From: an uncultured Actinomycetota bacterium
Lineage (GTDB): Bacteria > Actinomycetota > Actinomycetes > JAHEKZ01
DNA length: 64,000 nucleotides
Assembly: GCA_963829525.1 (NCBI GenBank)
Contig: CAWHIJ010000003.1
Span: 2,368,001 to 2,432,000, forward strand
Direction: 5' to 3'
Every line of letters starts with the position of its first letter. Position 1 is the first letter of the stretch. Positions 1-11,551 of the stretch are shown here, piece by piece. The position numbers and the translations under genes are program-made. The notes beneath the pieces are model-generated. The model saw only the letters and a list, made by a program, of their open reading frames with translations, did not search any database and had not been told where the DNA came from.

Positions 1-421
1 TTTCGTGGAACCTTGCGGCGTCGCCGGCCGATCCAGACTCCGGTGGCGATGGTGCTGTGGAGGCAATGCGAGCGAGTTCGAGCAGCGTGAAGGTGCGGCG
101 CACCGCTCCAGGAACGAGGCCTACGACGTGCGCCCTGTGCTCTCTGGCGGCGGTGATCACGAGGTCAGACGATCGCACCAGCTCTTCGGTCAGCGGAGTA
201 GCCACGAACCCCGCAGCGTCCACGCCAAGTTCACTCAACGTCTTCCCTGCGAAGGGCTGCATGGGTTCGCCCGGATGTGCCCAGGTACCGGCGCTTGCGA
301 CAGAAACTTCATCGCTGGCGCCACGTTGGTCCACGGCAGCACGCAGCATCCGCTCCATCATCGGCGACCGGCAGATGTTGCCCGTGCACACCATGAGCAC
401 CCGGAGAGGGGGACCGGTCAC
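1..421 (-). CDS. Low-molecular-weight protein-tyrosine phosphatase family protein (3' end cut by window edge)
   Basis: Read manually (absent from the ORF track). GTG at 421 overlaps the tsaC stop (GTGA). Translation MTGPPLRVLMVCTGNICRSPMMERML contains the CX5R P-loop CTGNICRS. Confidence 0.9.
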   Translation of the reverse strand, partial: MTGPPLRVLMVCTGNICRSPMMERMLRAAVDQRGASDEVSVASAGTWAHPGEPMQPFAGKTLSELGVDAAGFVATPLTEELVRSSDLVITAAREHRAHVVGLVPGAVRRTFTLLELARIASTAPSPPESGSAGDAARFHE

Positions 422-1068
422 GTGTCGGATTCTCCGACCAGGTCGGGAGCCGTCTGACGCAGCAGATCTTCAGAGTACGCGCCAGAGCGCAACAGCCGCG
501 GTTGGCGGTCGGTGAGGTCGACCACGGTGGAGGGCGGTCCATCTGGCAGCTCTCCGGAGTCGAGATAGATCGAGACGGTGGTGTCGAGCTGCGCCTGTGC
601 GTCGTCGCAGGTTCTGGGTACTGGCTCACCTACCCGGTTGGCCGAGACCACCGCCATGGGGCCGACCCCCTGGAGAACCGCGAGTGCAATCGGGTGGAGC
701 GGCATGCGGACAGCTACATGGCGCCCATTGCCACCGATGTCCCAGTGCAGTGTCGACTGTTGACCGCAGACCGCGGTAAGCGGACCCGGCCAGAAGCCTT
801 CAATCAGCAGCTCCCCCTGCGGATGCAGAACTCCGACGAGGGCGCGCGCTGCCTTTACTGACCCGACCATGACCGGTAGTGCGTCGATTCCGGCCCGGCC
901 TTTGGCCGCGTTCAACCGCTCGACGGCGAGGGGAGAGAACGCGTCACAAGCAACGGCATAGGACGTCTCGGTCGGGAAGACGATGAGCTGATGGCGACCT
1001 GCGGCCGCAATGGCGCGGTCTATGCCGCGACTGCGCTCGTCTGGACGCGCACAGTTGTAACGCGGCAT
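418..1068 (-). CDS. tsaC: L-threonylcarbamoyladenylate synthase (Sua5/YrdC family)
   Basis: Motifs IVFPTETSY, FWPGPLT, AVRMP, SAN, PSTVVDL; usual position after prmC. Confidence 0.9.
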   Translation of the reverse strand: MPRYNCARPDERSRGIDRAIAAAGRHQLIVFPTETSYAVACDAFSPLAVERLNAAKGRAGIDALPVMVGSVKAARALVGVLHPQGELLIEGFWPGPLTAVCGQQSTLHWDIGGNGRHVAVRMPLHPIALAVLQGVGPMAVVSANRVGEPVPRTCDDAQAQLDTTVSIYLDSGELPDGPPSTVVDLTDRQPRLLRSGAYSEDLLRQTAPDLVGESDT

Positions 1069-1951
1069 CAGCGAGATCCGCGTCGAGCCGAGACAAACCG
1101 GTCGCGGCCTGCCAGATCGGCATGGTCAGTGACGTCAAGCCATGAGCCGGCCACAGTGAAGATCTGCGGCACAGACTCCCCCTGGAGGTCGCCGTGCTCG
1201 GCCACGACCCAACCGCCCGGCCTAAGCAAGCGCTTCGCTGACTGCTCGACAAGCCGCGTGTGGGAGAGGCCATCAGGACCGGAGTAGAGCGCCATGGCTG
1301 GATCGAACCGGGCTACCTCGGGGTCGCGCGGGATGCAGTCGTTGGGGATGTAGGGAGGGTTGGCTACGACCACGTCGACCTGGCCGGTCAGCTCTGGAAG
1401 ACAATCTTCGATGTCGGCCAGGTGCGGCGTGAAGCCGTGGGTGCGGGCGTTGCGCTCAAGCCAAGGACCGGCCCCAGGATCGCGTTCAACCGCATGCACC
1501 TGAGCCCCCGGCGCCTCGACGGTGACCGCAGCTGCCATCGTGCCGGCGCCCGCACAGAGGTCGACAACAACCGGATGTGGGAGATCTAGCGCTGCGAGCA
1601 GATCAAGAGCGTGGCCCACGACCACCTCGGTCTCGGGCCGAGGCGAGAAGACGCCGGGCCCGACTGCCAGGGTCACAGTGCGGAAGTGCGCCCACCCGGT
1701 CAGGTGCTGGAGGGGGATTCGCTCAGCCCGGCGTGCGACGAGGTCGTCGAACCCCGCGGGCGCGGCAACATCGAGATGGTTCCAGAGACCACCCCGACCA
1801 ACTCCGAGGAGGTGGGACGCGAGCAGCTCTGCGTCAACCGCGAGGAGACCGAACCCCGCACTCAGCCAGATGCAGCTCTGCCGCTCGGAGCGCATCCCGC
1901 AGAGACCGGCCCTGACCTGCCGGCAAGGGCGGAGGTCCTGATGCTGGTCAC
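1068..1951 (-). CDS. prmC: Release factor glutamine methyltransferase PrmC (frameshift near 1840; start uncertain)
   Basis: PLQHLTG, PRPETE, DLCAGAG and NPPY motifs. The N-terminal [21 protein letters not shown] lies in a different frame from [11 protein letters not shown]. Confidence 0.88.
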
Positions 1952-3021
1952 GTGGCGCCACCGGACAGCTCAGCCTCACGGTCTGCTTGCTTGCATGCGT
2001 CAATGACCGCAGAGAGGTCTCCGTCAAGAACCTGATCGAGGTTGTACGCCTTGAACCCAACCCGGTGGTCAGAAATGCGGTTCTCCGCGAAGTTGTAGGT
2101 GCGGATTCGCTCCGATCGATCGACCGTGCGCACCTGAGAGCGGCGTGCGGCTGACGCTTCGGCGTCGGCAGCCTCCTGCTTTTCGGCGAGAATTCGCGCC
2201 CGCAGGATTCGCAACGCCTGCTCCCGGTTCTGCAGCTGAGATTTCTCGTTTTGGCAGCTGACGACAATTCCTGTGGGCAGGTGGGTGATCCGGACGGCTG
2301 AATCGGTGGTGTTCACGCTCTGACCGCCGGGGCCGCTGCTGCGATACACGTCGATCCGGAGATCGTTGGGGTCGACGTCAACTTCGACATCCTCGGCCTC
2401 CGGAAGAACCAGGACCCCAGCGGCGCTTGTGTGGATGCGACCCTGGCTTTCGGTCACCGGCACCCTCTGCACGCGGTGTACTCCGCCTTCGTATTTCAAA
2501 CTAGCCCAGACACCTTCACCAGGCACTGGTGCTCCCTTTGCTTTGATGGCGACCGAGACGTCCTTATAGCCACCGAGGTCTGACTCTTGTGCATCGAGAA
2601 CCTCGGCCTTCCACCCCTGCCGCTCGGCAAATCGTAGGTACATCCGCAGCAAGTCACCAGCGAAGAGGGCGGACTCGTCACCCCCCTCACCTGCTTTGAC
2701 TTCGAGGATGACGTCCTTGTCGTCGTCGGGATCACGAGGCAGTAGGAGCTCGGTGAGCCGGTCGGCCAACGCGGCCTGCTCGGCGTCGAGCCGATCAGCC
2801 TCTTCCGCGAAGGCATCGTCATCAGCGGCGAGCTCACGGGCGGCATTGGCGTCACCGCCAACGGTCTTCCATCGCTGATACGCCGAGACAATCGGACCCA
2901 GCTCGGCATAGCGGCGTCCAACGGTGCGGGCGCGTCCAGCGTCTGCATGCACGCTCGGGTCAGCGAGCTGCCGCTCCAGATCGGCGTACTCGGCGACGAG
3001 CACGTCGATCTGGTTGAACAT
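1948..3021 (-). CDS. prfA: Peptide chain release factor 1
   Basis: GGQ motif ([12 protein letters not shown]), PVT recognition motif ([14 protein letters not shown]), RTYN. Confidence 0.97.
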   Translation of the reverse strand: MFNQIDVLVAEYADLERQLADPSVHADAGRARTVGRRYAELGPIVSAYQRWKTVGGDANAARELAADDDAFAEEADRLDAEQAALADRLTELLLPRDPDDDKDVILEVKAGEGGDESALFAGDLLRMYLRFAERQGWKAEVLDAQESDLGGYKDVSVAIKAKGAPVPGEGVWASLKYEGGVHRVQRVPVTESQGRIHTSAAGVLVLPEAEDVEVDVDPNDLRIDVYRSSGPGGQSVNTTDSAVRITHLPTGIVVSCQNEKSQLQNREQALRILRARILAEKQEAADAEASAARRSQVRTVDRSERIRTYNFAENRISDHRVGFKAYNLDQVLDGDLSAVIDACKQADREAELSGGAT

Positions 3022-3051
3022 GGTCACTCCTGGCGTAGCCGTAAGGATGGG

Positions 3052-3096
3052 GCAGAAACAACGACGACGCCGCAGGCCATGAGGCCTACGGCGTCG
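3052..3096 (-). terminator. Probable intrinsic terminator after rpmE
   Basis: On the minus strand, 14-bp stem cgacgccgtaggcc/ggcctgcggcgtcg (one G-U pair) with a 4-nt loop, followed by tcgttgtttct. Confidence 0.6.
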
Positions 3097-3105
3097 ATCG
3101 CGAAG

Positions 3106-3312
3106 CTACTTCTTGCCGTACCGCTTCTCGAAGCGGGCGACTCGCCCTCCGGTGTCAAGGATGCGCTGCTTGCCGGTGTAGAAGGGGTGGCACTGCGAGC
3201 ACGTCTCGGCATGGATCGAGCCGTTCTCGGCGGTGCTACGGGTCACGAACGTCGAGCCGCAGGTGCAGGTGACCTCGGTCGGCACGTAGGTGGGGTGGAT
3301 ATCGGGCTTCAT
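3106..3312 (-). CDS. rpmE: 50S ribosomal protein L31 (zinc-binding type)
   Basis: [34 protein letters not shown]. Confidence 0.97.
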   Translation of the reverse strand: MKPDIHPTYVPTEVTCTCGSTFVTRSTAENGSIHAETCSQCHPFYTGKQRILDTGGRVARFEKRYGKK

Positions 3313-3472
3313 CGCTTCTCCTCGTTCAGGGCGCCGGGTCGATCAGGCCAGGTGGCCACGTCGTGAACCGGATCCGCAAGAGATTGTGCCACTCAATGTG
3401 GCGCCGGCCCAAACGCAGACTCGGCCAGCAGCATTCCCGCCTCCTTCGGCGGGGATGGTCAAGAACAAGCCG

Positions 3473-5173
3473 TTAGTCGGCGTCCCCGCTCAGCATCGCA
3501 CCGGGCGTGGTCTTCTGAACCTGAAGGAGGAACTCGGTATTGCTGGTGGTCTCCTTCAGCTTCGAGAGCAACAGTTCAAGGGACTGCTGTGACTCGAGCG
3601 CATGCAGGACGCGTCGGAGACTCCAGACGACCTTGAGCTCGTCGGCAGCCAACAGCAGCTCTTCCTTGCGAGTTCCCGACGCATCGACGTCCACTGCCGG
3701 GAAGACCCGCTTGTCCGCGAGCCTGCGGTCGAGCTTGAGCTCCATGTTTCCGGTGCCTTTGAACTCCTCGAAGATGACCTCGTCCATCTTGGACCCGGTC
3801 TCGACCAGGGCCGTGGCGAGGATCGTCAGCGATCCACCGTTCTCGATGTTGCGAGCAGCACCGAAGAAGCGCTTGGGCGGGTAGAGGGCCGACGAGTCGA
3901 CTCCACCAGACAGGATTCGCCCTGATGCCGGTGCGGACAAGTTGTAGGCACGTCCGAGCCGGGTCATCGAGTCCAGCAGCACAACCACGTCGTGACCGAG
4001 CTCGACAAGACGCTTGGCACGCTCAATCGCCAATTCGGCAACCGTGGTGTGGTCGTCGGCCGGGCGGTCGAAGGTCGAGGCAATGACCTCGCCCTTGACG
4101 GTGCGCTGCATATCAGTGACCTCTTCAGGCCGCTCATCCACCAGCACCACCATCAGGTGCACCTCTGGGTTGTTGGTGGTGATCGCATTGGCGATCGCCT
4201 GCAGGACCATCGTCTTTCCCGCCTTGGGCGGGGAGACGATCAGCCCGCGCTGCCCTTTGCCGATCGGCGCCACAAGGTCGATGACGCGGGTTGTCAACAG
4301 ACCCGGCTCAGTCTCCAAGCGAAGTCGGTCCTGAGGGTAGAGCGGAGTCAGCTTGTTGAAGTCCGGTCGCTCCTTGGCCTTGTCTGCTTCGCCACCATTG
4401 ATGGTGTCGAGTCGGACCAGGGCGTTGAACTTCTCACGACGCTCGCCGTCCTTTGGCTGGCGTACCGCGCCGGTGACAGCGTCACCGCGACGGAGCCCGT
4501 AGCGACGCACCTGGGAGAGTGAGATGTACACGTCGTTGGAACCGGGCAGGTAGCCCGACGTCCGAACAAAGGCGTAGCTGTCGAGGACGTCGACGATGCC
4601 GGCAACCGGAACGAGGACGTCGTCAGGACTGACCTGCGGCTCCCCCTCTGCGAAACGGTCCCGAGTGCCGCGCTCGCGGTAGCGGTCACGGTCACGACCA
4701 CGCCGCCGACGTCTACTGCTGCGGCTGCCCTCGTAGTTGTCGCGGTCGCCCCTGTCAGTGCGGTCCTTGGACTGCTCCGGCTGGTTTGTCTTCGCGGGAC
4801 GTTCACGTGTGGACTCGTCCCGGCCGGGTTGGGTCTTGGCTTTCGTCGCTGGAGGACGGGTGGCGTCCCCGTTCTTCGAAGAACCGTCCGTCTCGTCCGC
4901 TGCCGCCGGCCGTGCGACTGTCTTCGGCTTGCGGGCTGGTGCCCGGCTGCCCTTGTCGGCTTCGGTGGAGGCGCTACGGGCTGGAGCAGACTGCCCCTGC
5001 TTTTCACGAATCGCCTCGATCAGCTCACCCTTACGCATGCGGGTGGTGCCGGTGATGCCCAAGCCAGACGCGACGGTCTGCAGCTCGGCAAGGACCATGC
5101 CGGACAGCGCGGGACTCTTGCGACGAGTGGTCGCGCCGTCTGTGGCTGGCATGGTGTCGGTGGTGTCGCTCAC
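3473..5173 (-). CDS. rho: Transcription termination factor Rho with actinobacterial N-terminal insertion
   Basis: [37 protein letters not shown]; RBS ggaagga before the GTG at 5173. Confidence 0.97.
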   Translation of the reverse strand: MSDTTDTMPATDGATTRRKSPALSGMVLAELQTVASGLGITGTTRMRKGELIEAIREKQGQSAPARSASTEADKGSRAPARKPKTVARPAAADETDGSSKNGDATRPPATKAKTQPGRDESTRERPAKTNQPEQSKDRTDRGDRDNYEGSRSSRRRRRGRDRDRYRERGTRDRFAEGEPQVSPDDVLVPVAGIVDVLDSYAFVRTSGYLPGSNDVYISLSQVRRYGLRRGDAVTGAVRQPKDGERREKFNALVRLDTINGGEADKAKERPDFNKLTPLYPQDRLRLETEPGLLTTRVIDLVAPIGKGQRGLIVSPPKAGKTMVLQAIANAITTNNPEVHLMVVLVDERPEEVTDMQRTVKGEVIASTFDRPADDHTTVAELAIERAKRLVELGHDVVVLLDSMTRLGRAYNLSAPASGRILSGGVDSSALYPPKRFFGAARNIENGGSLTILATALVETGSKMDEVIFEEFKGTGNMELKLDRRLADKRVFPAVDVDASGTRKEELLLAADELKVVWSLRRVLHALESQQSLELLLSKLKETTSNTEFLLQVQKTTPGAMLSGDAD

Positions 5174-5533
5174 GCGATGTCCTTCCAAATGTTCCGGTGC
5201 GTCGGAAGTGACGCCGGAGGGGATCCTGGCGCGTCGTTCGGCGTCAGGAGGTGGAGCGTCGCCGGAGTCAGAGAGGCCGGCGGAGACCGGTACCGGAGTG
5301 AAGGAATCCCAGTTGCTGAGCGATCAGATGGGAACTTGAGTGAACCAACTTCTGAACGCAACAGCTTCCATCAAAAAGCATCAGGATCTGAGATGAGGAA
5401 GACACTCGGGATACCCGGTGTGTTGCCACCGTAACACCTCGCGTGACCCCGATGTTCCCGGGGGGTCTAGATCTCTATCGGCGTGTCGCCGCGCCACCTG
5501 AACCCCACAACCCCCGGTGATGCCGGTGACGGG

Positions 5534-6445
5534 TCAAAGAGGCAGGATTTCGACGCCCTGACGGTCGGCCTCGAGCTCGACGATCTGCCACCCTCGACGA
5601 GTCTGCGCGATGAGGTCGGGTGCTGTGGTCCGGTTGGTGAGCGCCAGGACCGTTGGTCCCGCACCAGACACGACGGCGGGTACCCCCGCGGCCCTTAGCT
5701 CGTCGACGAGCGCAAGCGTGCGCGGCATGACGGTGCGGCGGTACTCCTGGTGCAGGAAGTCTTCTGTGGCCACCATGAGCAGGTCGGGGCGATCGGTGAT
5801 CGCACGCCCCAGAAGAGCCGCGCGGGCACTGTTGAGAGCGGCATCCCCATGCGGCACAACGTCCGGAAGTGCTTTGCGCGCCTTGGTGGTCCGCAGTTCG
5901 GTAGCAGGGATGAAAGCAACGGGAAGCAGCTCGGGGTCCGGGTTCGACCTGAGCACACCCACCTCTCCCCCGTCAGTCCAAGCCACGGTGAATCCCCCGT
6001 GGACCGTGGCTGCGACGTTGTCAGGATGACCCTCCATCTCAGTGGCCACCGCCAGTAGCCGCTCGTCGTCGAACCGGTCATCGCCTCCCACTGTCAGAGC
6101 GCGCGCGGCAGCCAGTCCGCCGACGATGGCAGCCGATGACGACCCCAGTCCGCGCCCGTGGGGGATGCGGTTCAGGCAGCGCACCTCAAGGCCACGTGGG
6201 CGACCTCCCATCCGGTCGAAAGCGGTGTTCATCGCCTTGATCACCAGGTTGCGTGAGTCCTTGCGGACCTTGTCGGCACCCTCACCAGCAACGTCCAGGT
6301 CAAGCCCGTCCTCGCCGACCCGCACAACAATTTCGTCGTGAAGGGATAGCGCCAGGCCGAAGGAGTCGTACCCAGGCCCGAGGTTGGCGCTTGTGGCCGG
6401 GACCCGCACCCGCAATGTCGCGGCCCGGAACATCGGGGCCGCCAC
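5534..6445 (-). CDS. thrB: Homoserine kinase
   Basis: VPATSANLGPGYDS, PHGRGLGSSSAA, EGHPDNV, SGAGPT; GTG overlaps the thrC stop. Confidence 0.95.
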   Translation of the reverse strand: MAAPMFRAATLRVRVPATSANLGPGYDSFGLALSLHDEIVVRVGEDGLDLDVAGEGADKVRKDSRNLVIKAMNTAFDRMGGRPRGLEVRCLNRIPHGRGLGSSSAAIVGGLAAARALTVGGDDRFDDERLLAVATEMEGHPDNVAATVHGGFTVAWTDGGEVGVLRSNPDPELLPVAFIPATELRTTKARKALPDVVPHGDAALNSARAALLGRAITDRPDLLMVATEDFLHQEYRRTVMPRTLALVDELRAAGVPAVVSGAGPTVLALTNRTTAPDLIAQTRRGWQIVELEADRQGVEILPL

Positions 6446-7527
6446 TAGTCGGTCAGCCCCAGCAGGGAAGCAGCAGCGCGCGCGTCGTTTTCGACTGTCA
6501 CCGGCTGCGGAGCGCCAGCGATCGCCCAGTCGGGATCCTTCAGACCGTGACCGGTGACGGTACACACCACCCTCTGCCCTGCATCGAGCAAACCAGCGTC
6601 CGACTTCTTGAGCAGGCCAGCCACGCCTGACGCCGACGCCGGTTCGACAAAGACGCCCTCCTGCGAAGAGAGCAGTCGATATGCGGAGAGGATCTCGCGA
6701 TCGGTCACGGCGTCAATCAGGCCAGCGGACTCGTCGCGTGCCTCGAGGGCGTACTGCCACGAAGCAGGGTTGCCGATCCTGATCGCTGTGGCGACCGTCG
6801 ACGGCTTCGGCACCACCTCGCCACGGACGATCGGTGCAGCCCCTGCCGCCTGAAAGCCCCACATGCGTGGGCGGTGGGAGGCCATCGCATCGTCGGCGTA
6901 CTCGCGGTAGCCCCTCCAGTAGGCGGTGATGTTGCCCGCGTTCCCAACCGGGAGCGCGTGGATGTCTGGCGCATCCCCCAACTGATCGACAATCTCAAAT
7001 GCGGCCGTCTTCTGTCCTTCGATCCGCGCCGGGTTCACGCTGTTGACCAGGGCAACCGGATACTGCTCGGAAAGCTCGCGTGCCAACGTCAGGCAGTCGT
7101 CGAAGTTGCCATCGACCTGAATCAGGCGGGCGCCGTGGGCCAGGGCCTGGCTCAGCTTGCCGAGCGCGATCTTGCCCTGGGGGACGAGCACAGCGCAAAC
7201 CATCCCGGCGCGGACGGCGTAGGCAGCAGCACTGGCACTGGTGTTGCCCGTCGATGCACAGATTACGGCGCGGGCGCCTTCTTCGGCCGCCTTCGAGATC
7301 GCCATCGTCATACCGCGGTCCTTGAAGGAGCCGGTGGGGTTGGCGCCTTCGACCTTCAGCCACACCTCGCAGCCGGTCCGCTCGGAGACAACGTGGGCGC
7401 GCACCAACGGCGTGCCACCCTCTCTCAGCGAGACCACCGGTGTCGCGTCACTGACGGGCAGTCGCTCGCGGTACTCGTCGATGATTCCGCGCCACTGCTG
7501 GGTCCTTTGTGTCAACACAGTGCTCAC
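6445..7527 (-). CDS. thrC: Threonine synthase
   Basis: [10 protein letters not shown] (PLP lysine), [16 protein letters not shown]. Confidence 0.96.
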   Translation of the reverse strand: MSTVLTQRTQQWRGIIDEYRERLPVSDATPVVSLREGGTPLVRAHVVSERTGCEVWLKVEGANPTGSFKDRGMTMAISKAAEEGARAVICASTGNTSASAAAYAVRAGMVCAVLVPQGKIALGKLSQALAHGARLIQVDGNFDDCLTLARELSEQYPVALVNSVNPARIEGQKTAAFEIVDQLGDAPDIHALPVGNAGNITAYWRGYREYADDAMASHRPRMWGFQAAGAAPIVRGEVVPKPSTVATAIRIGNPASWQYALEARDESAGLIDAVTDREILSAYRLLSSQEGVFVEPASASGVAGLLKKSDAGLLDAGQRVVCTVTGHGLKDPDWAIAGAPQPVTVENDARAAASLLGLTD

Positions 7528-8819
7528 TCTCCCACCACCCGCATGATCGACGTGATCCGCCGGACCGAGTCAAGACCCTGGAGGCTCTTGCACGTCTCCG
7601 CCAGCTGCTTCTCCTGAGCCTCATGCGTGACGATCTCCAGGCTGGCGTCTTCCCCGTGCCCCTCTTGTCGCAGCGTCTCGATGCTCACGTCGTGCTCGGC
7701 GAACACCGCGGCCACGGAGGCCAGGACGCCTGCCTTGTCGGTGAGGTCGAGTGCGATGTAGTAGCGCGTCAACGACTCGTCCACCGACAGGACCGGGAGA
7801 GCTGCGTACGTCGACTCGCGCGGGCCGTGTCCACCGCTGATGCGGTTGCGGGCAACCGCGACGATATCTCCGACCACCGCGCTTGCAGTAGGTGCTCCAC
7901 CGGCACCGGGACCGTAGAACATCAGCTGACCGGCGGCGTCCGACTCGACGAAGACCGCGTTGTAGGCATCACGGACCGCAGCAAGAGGGTGATGGCGCGG
8001 GACCATCGCTGGGTGTACCCGAACGTTGATGCCGCGGCCGTCAACAGATCGCTCGGCAACCGCAAGCAGCTTGACGACGTGCCCGGAGTCCCTCGCCGCC
8101 GAGACGACATCGGCCGTGACGGCCGAGATGCCCTCGCAGTAGACGTCGGCCAGCGTGACCCGCGAGTGGAAGGCCAGGCTGGCGATGATGGCAGCTTTGG
8201 CAGCCGCGTCATGCCCCTCGACATCGGCAGAGGGGTCCGGCTTCTCCGCATATCCGAGCTCTTGCGCCTCTGCCAGCGCGTCGTCGAAGGAGGCGCCGCT
8301 TTCGTCCATCTGCGTGAGGATGAAGTTGGTCGTTCCGTTCACGATTCCCAGGACCCGTTGCACACGGTCACCGGCCAACGACTCGCGCAGTGGTCGCAGC
8401 AGCGGGATGGCGCCCGCAACGCTCGCCTCGAAGTAGAGGTCGAGGCCAGCAGCGTCGCAGGCCTCGTGAAGCTCGGCACCATGCTGGGCCAGCAGTGCCT
8501 TGTTGCCTGTGACGACGCTCGCACCTGAGGCGAAGGCGTCCAGGATGAGCTGCCGGGCGGGGTTGATCCCACCCATGAGCTCCACAACGATGTCGGCGCC
8601 GCGGCCGGTGACAAGTTCCTGGAGGTCGTCGGTGACCAAAGCAGGGTCGATCCAGGGGCCGCGGTCGACCCCGGTACGTCGAACGCCGACGCCGACCAGT
8701 TCGAGGGGAGCGCCAATGCGGGCCGTGAGGTCGGGAGCCTGCTCCACGAGCAGGCGCGCGACCTCCGAGCCGACGATACCGGCGCCGAGCAGCGCAATCT
8801 TGAGCGGCTCAGCGCTCAT
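7524..8819 (-). CDS. hom: Homoserine dehydrogenase with C-terminal ACT domain
   Basis: [43 protein letters not shown]. Confidence 0.95.
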   Translation of the reverse strand: MSAEPLKIALLGAGIVGSEVARLLVEQAPDLTARIGAPLELVGVGVRRTGVDRGPWIDPALVTDDLQELVTGRGADIVVELMGGINPARQLILDAFASGASVVTGNKALLAQHGAELHEACDAAGLDLYFEASVAGAIPLLRPLRESLAGDRVQRVLGIVNGTTNFILTQMDESGASFDDALAEAQELGYAEKPDPSADVEGHDAAAKAAIIASLAFHSRVTLADVYCEGISAVTADVVSAARDSGHVVKLLAVAERSVDGRGINVRVHPAMVPRHHPLAAVRDAYNAVFVESDAAGQLMFYGPGAGGAPTASAVVGDIVAVARNRISGGHGPRESTYAALPVLSVDESLTRYYIALDLTDKAGVLASVAAVFAEHDVSIETLRQEGHGEDASLEIVTHEAQEKQLAETCKSLQGLDSVRRITSIMRVVGE

Positions 8820-8870
8820 CAATCCTCCCGTCGGTCGACTCCGGTTGTGACCCAGAGCGTTCCCGAGCAG

Positions 8871-9254
8871 CTATGCATCGCCCTCGGGAGCTTGCAGGTC
8901 AAGCCTCCCATGAGCGACGACACAGAACTCATGCCCCTCTGGGTCAGCCATCGTCTGCCACTCCACCCCATGGGCCGCCACCGGAGCACCGAGCCGTCTG
9001 GCTCCCAGGGACTCCAGCAGTCGGACGTGGTTGGCCGCATCGGCTGGATGGACGTCGAGGTGCATGCGGTTCTTCCCGCTGCGCTCCTCGGGTACCGGCT
9101 GCAAGATCAGGATCGGACCCTCCGGTTCACCCTCGGCTGGAGCCAAAATGCGGTAACCGTCAGCCCGGTCGACCAGCCGGTAGCCGAGCGCCGCTTCCCA
9201 GAAGGGCACCAGGACATCGGGTTCCAGACAGTCCAGCACGACCGACACTCGCAT
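8871..9254 (-). CDS. VOC/glyoxalase-like family protein
   Basis: FWEAALGY, KNRMHLDV, MADPEGHEFCV; TAGGGT 6 nt before the ATG (leaderless geometry). Confidence 0.85.
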   Translation of the reverse strand: MRVSVVLDCLEPDVLVPFWEAALGYRLVDRADGYRILAPAEGEPEGPILILQPVPEERSGKNRMHLDVHPADAANHVRLLESLGARRLGAPVAAHGVEWQTMADPEGHEFCVVAHGRLDLQAPEGDA

Positions 9255-9279
9255 GGGACCACCCTAGGCGCGTCTGAAC

Positions 9280-10681
9280 TCACGCGCCCGTGTCGAGAGC
9301 CAGAAGGTCGTCGACGGTTTCGCGGCGAATGAGCACCCGTGGTTCGCACGATGCCGACACCGCGACTACCGGAGGGCGACCAAGAAGGTTGTAGGTGGAC
9401 GCCATGCTTCGGCAGTAAGCGCCGGTAGCAGCCACCGCGAGCAGATCGTCGGCCCGCACATCGTCGGGTAGCCAGGCGTCGCGCACCACGATGTCGCCGC
9501 TCTCACAGTGCTTGCCGACGACCCTGGCCAACATCGGTGCGGCGTCGGAGTGCCGATCGGCCACAACCACCGTGTAGTCGGCGTCGTAGAGCGCCGTGCG
9601 CGGGTTGTCGCTCATCCCGCCGTCGACGCTGACGTAAGTCCGTGACGCCCCGGCGTCCAGCGCCACTTGCTTAACGGTGCCGACTTCGTAGACCGTCACC
9701 ATGCTGGGACCGACAAGTGCGCGGCCAGGCTCAACGGCAAGCCGTGGCACCGAAAGCTCGAGAGGCCCGGCACTCACGCTCGACGATCGCGTGCAAGCTG
9801 ATCGCGACGTCCTTGGTTTCGGCGGGGTCATCTGAAGGGACATAGGCGATGCCGAGGCCGCCTCCGAGGTTGAGCTCGGGAAGCTCGATGCCGTGACGCG
9901 CTCGCACGTCGGCCAGCAGTTCGACGGCTCGGTGGGCTGCCACCTCGAAGCCCGATGTATCGAAGATCTGTGAGCCAATGTGGGAGTGCACGCCGACCAG
10001 GTCAAGCGATGGTTGCAAGAGCACGAGCTCGATAGCCCGAGCCGCGGAACCAGACGCGAGCTGAGAAACCGAACTTCTGGTCTTCGTGGGCCGTGGCAAT
10101 GAACTCGTGAGTGTGCGCCTCGACGCCCACCGTCACTCGCACCAGTACTCGTTGCCGAACGCCGGCCTCCTCTGCACACCGTGCCAGTCGGCGGATCTCC
10201 TCTGTCGAGTCGATGACGACCCGCCCAACACCCAGCCCAACGGCGCGGGTCAGCTCTTCGACGGACTTGTTGTTCCCATGGAAGAGCACCCGCTCCATCG
10301 GGAAGTCGGCGCGCTCGGCGACTGCCAGCTCTCCCCCGGTCGCGACATCGAGACCCAGCCCCTCCTCCGCCACCCACCTGAGGAGCTCGACGCTGGTGAA
10401 CGCTTTGCTCGCGTAGTAGACGTCCGTGCCCGTGAACGCATCGGCGTAGGCACGGGCCCGCCCACGGAAGTCTTCCTCATCGAGCAGAAAGACCGGAGTA
10501 CCGAAGGACCTCGTGAGGTCGGAAACCAGGTGGCCGTGCAACTCGAGCTCGCCTGAGTCATCCCGCCGTGCACCGGCTGGCCAACGTGGCCACTGAGCGC
10601 GTTGAGGTTGGCCGGTGGTGCCGCGTGCACGGTGTCGCTGACGAGATCGCCGTGCCGAGGGCCGGCGGGATGGGCGCGCAT
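9280..10681 (-). CDS. lysA: Diaminopimelate decarboxylase (split by about three frameshifts)
   Basis: Consecutive ORF pieces: [12 protein letters not shown]; [27 protein letters not shown]; [16 protein letters not shown]; [28 protein letters not shown]. Confidence 0.92.
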
Positions 10682-10772
10682 GGGTGAAGCTCCTTGCGGT
10701 GAGGGCGATCAGTTCGGGCCGGCGAAGTGACGAGCCTAGTGCGACGGGACAGCCCGACCGAGGGTCGTCCCC

Positions 10773-11156
10773 CTAGTCGCCAGGCCCATCCAGCAGTCCA
10801 TTCGCCGCTAGTTTCTCGTAGCCGCGTCGCGTCAAGGTCTCGAGCTGACCAAAGAGCTTGGCGTCAACTGCGGTGAAGTTGAAGCAGCTCTTTCCCTGCA
10901 TGCGCTTGAGCAACTCTGGCGAGAGGTCATCGACTAGCTCAGGGAAGGTGTACAGCGCCATGAGGTAGTAGCTGACGTACCGCTTACCCAGTTTCGCGGA
11001 ACCGAAGTAGCCCGGGTAGCCGTCCTTTGGCCGCCGCCAGTGCGTGTTGAGTCCGTACTCGACGTCAGTGTCAGCGATGACTTCCATTTCCGGTGCATAC
11101 GGCTCGAGAATGGCCCGCAATCCGGCGAATGTCGCAGGGAAGTCCTTCTCTGCCAT
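10773..11156 (-). CDS. Conserved hypothetical protein (DUF1801-like)
   Basis: YVSYYLM..LSPELLKRMQGKSCFNF signature; RBS ggagga before the ATG. Confidence 0.7.
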   Translation of the reverse strand: MAEKDFPATFAGLRAILEPYAPEMEVIADTDVEYGLNTHWRRPKDGYPGYFGSAKLGKRYVSYYLMALYTFPELVDDLSPELLKRMQGKSCFNFTAVDAKLFGQLETLTRRGYEKLAANGLLDGPGD

Positions 11157-11173
11157 GAGGTCCTCCGTTCGAC

Positions 11174-11368
11174 TCAGCCAGGGTTGAAGATGCTGTGCGA
11201 GTCGTGGAAGTGCAAGACGTACCGACACCCACGACATATGTAGAGAGTCATCCGGTGGCTGGTCAAACCCCAGCGGCCGTTCTGGCGCGACTCCTGCATC
11301 TCGAAGTCGACGCAATCGCAGACCGGGCACTTCAGCCGGATCTGCCCACTCTCGTCCTTCATTCCCAT
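11174..11368 (-). CDS. Small zinc-ribbon protein (about 62-64 aa)
   Basis: CPVC...CRGC pair in MKDESGQIRLKCPVCDCVDF...YICRGCRYVLHF; co-oriented with its neighbours. Confidence 0.65.
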   Translation of the reverse strand: MGMKDESGQIRLKCPVCDCVDFEMQESRQNGRWGLTSHRMTLYICRGCRYVLHFHDSHSIFNPG

Positions 11369-11445
11369 GCAGTGGAACTTAGCCGCCGAACCCCATGGGC
11401 CGCGCCAACAGTCGCGAAACCGCGTTTCACCAACGATCTCGAAGT

Positions 11446-11506
11446 TTGGCGGATTCTGCACCGAAACGGGCCTGGTTTGACGCCGGATCGGTGCGAAATC
11501 CTCCAG
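11446..11506. repeat. Imperfect intergenic inverted repeat (REP-like)
   Basis: Arms ttggcggattctgcaccga and tcggtgcgaaatcctccag are 15/19 complementary. Confidence 0.5.
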
Positions 11507-11551
11507 AAGAGGGAGGTGCGGTGATTCGCCAAGGACGTAGGTCGCGGGTGC

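Noticed and set aside
1830-1951. Programmed frameshift in prmC, by analogy with prfB
   Set aside because: No slippery CTT-TGA context with an internal SD, and similar indels occur throughout the window.
4680-5000. Long Arg/Asp/Lys-rich low-complexity insert in Rho
   Set aside because: This is the known N-terminal insertion domain of actinobacterial Rho.
5174-5533. Structured RNA in the long rho leader
   Set aside because: Only short GC hairpins are visible and no recognisable motif; cannot be supported without covariance analysis.
10682-10772. Lysine riboswitch upstream of lysA
   Set aside because: The gap is too short and lacks the conserved L-box elements.
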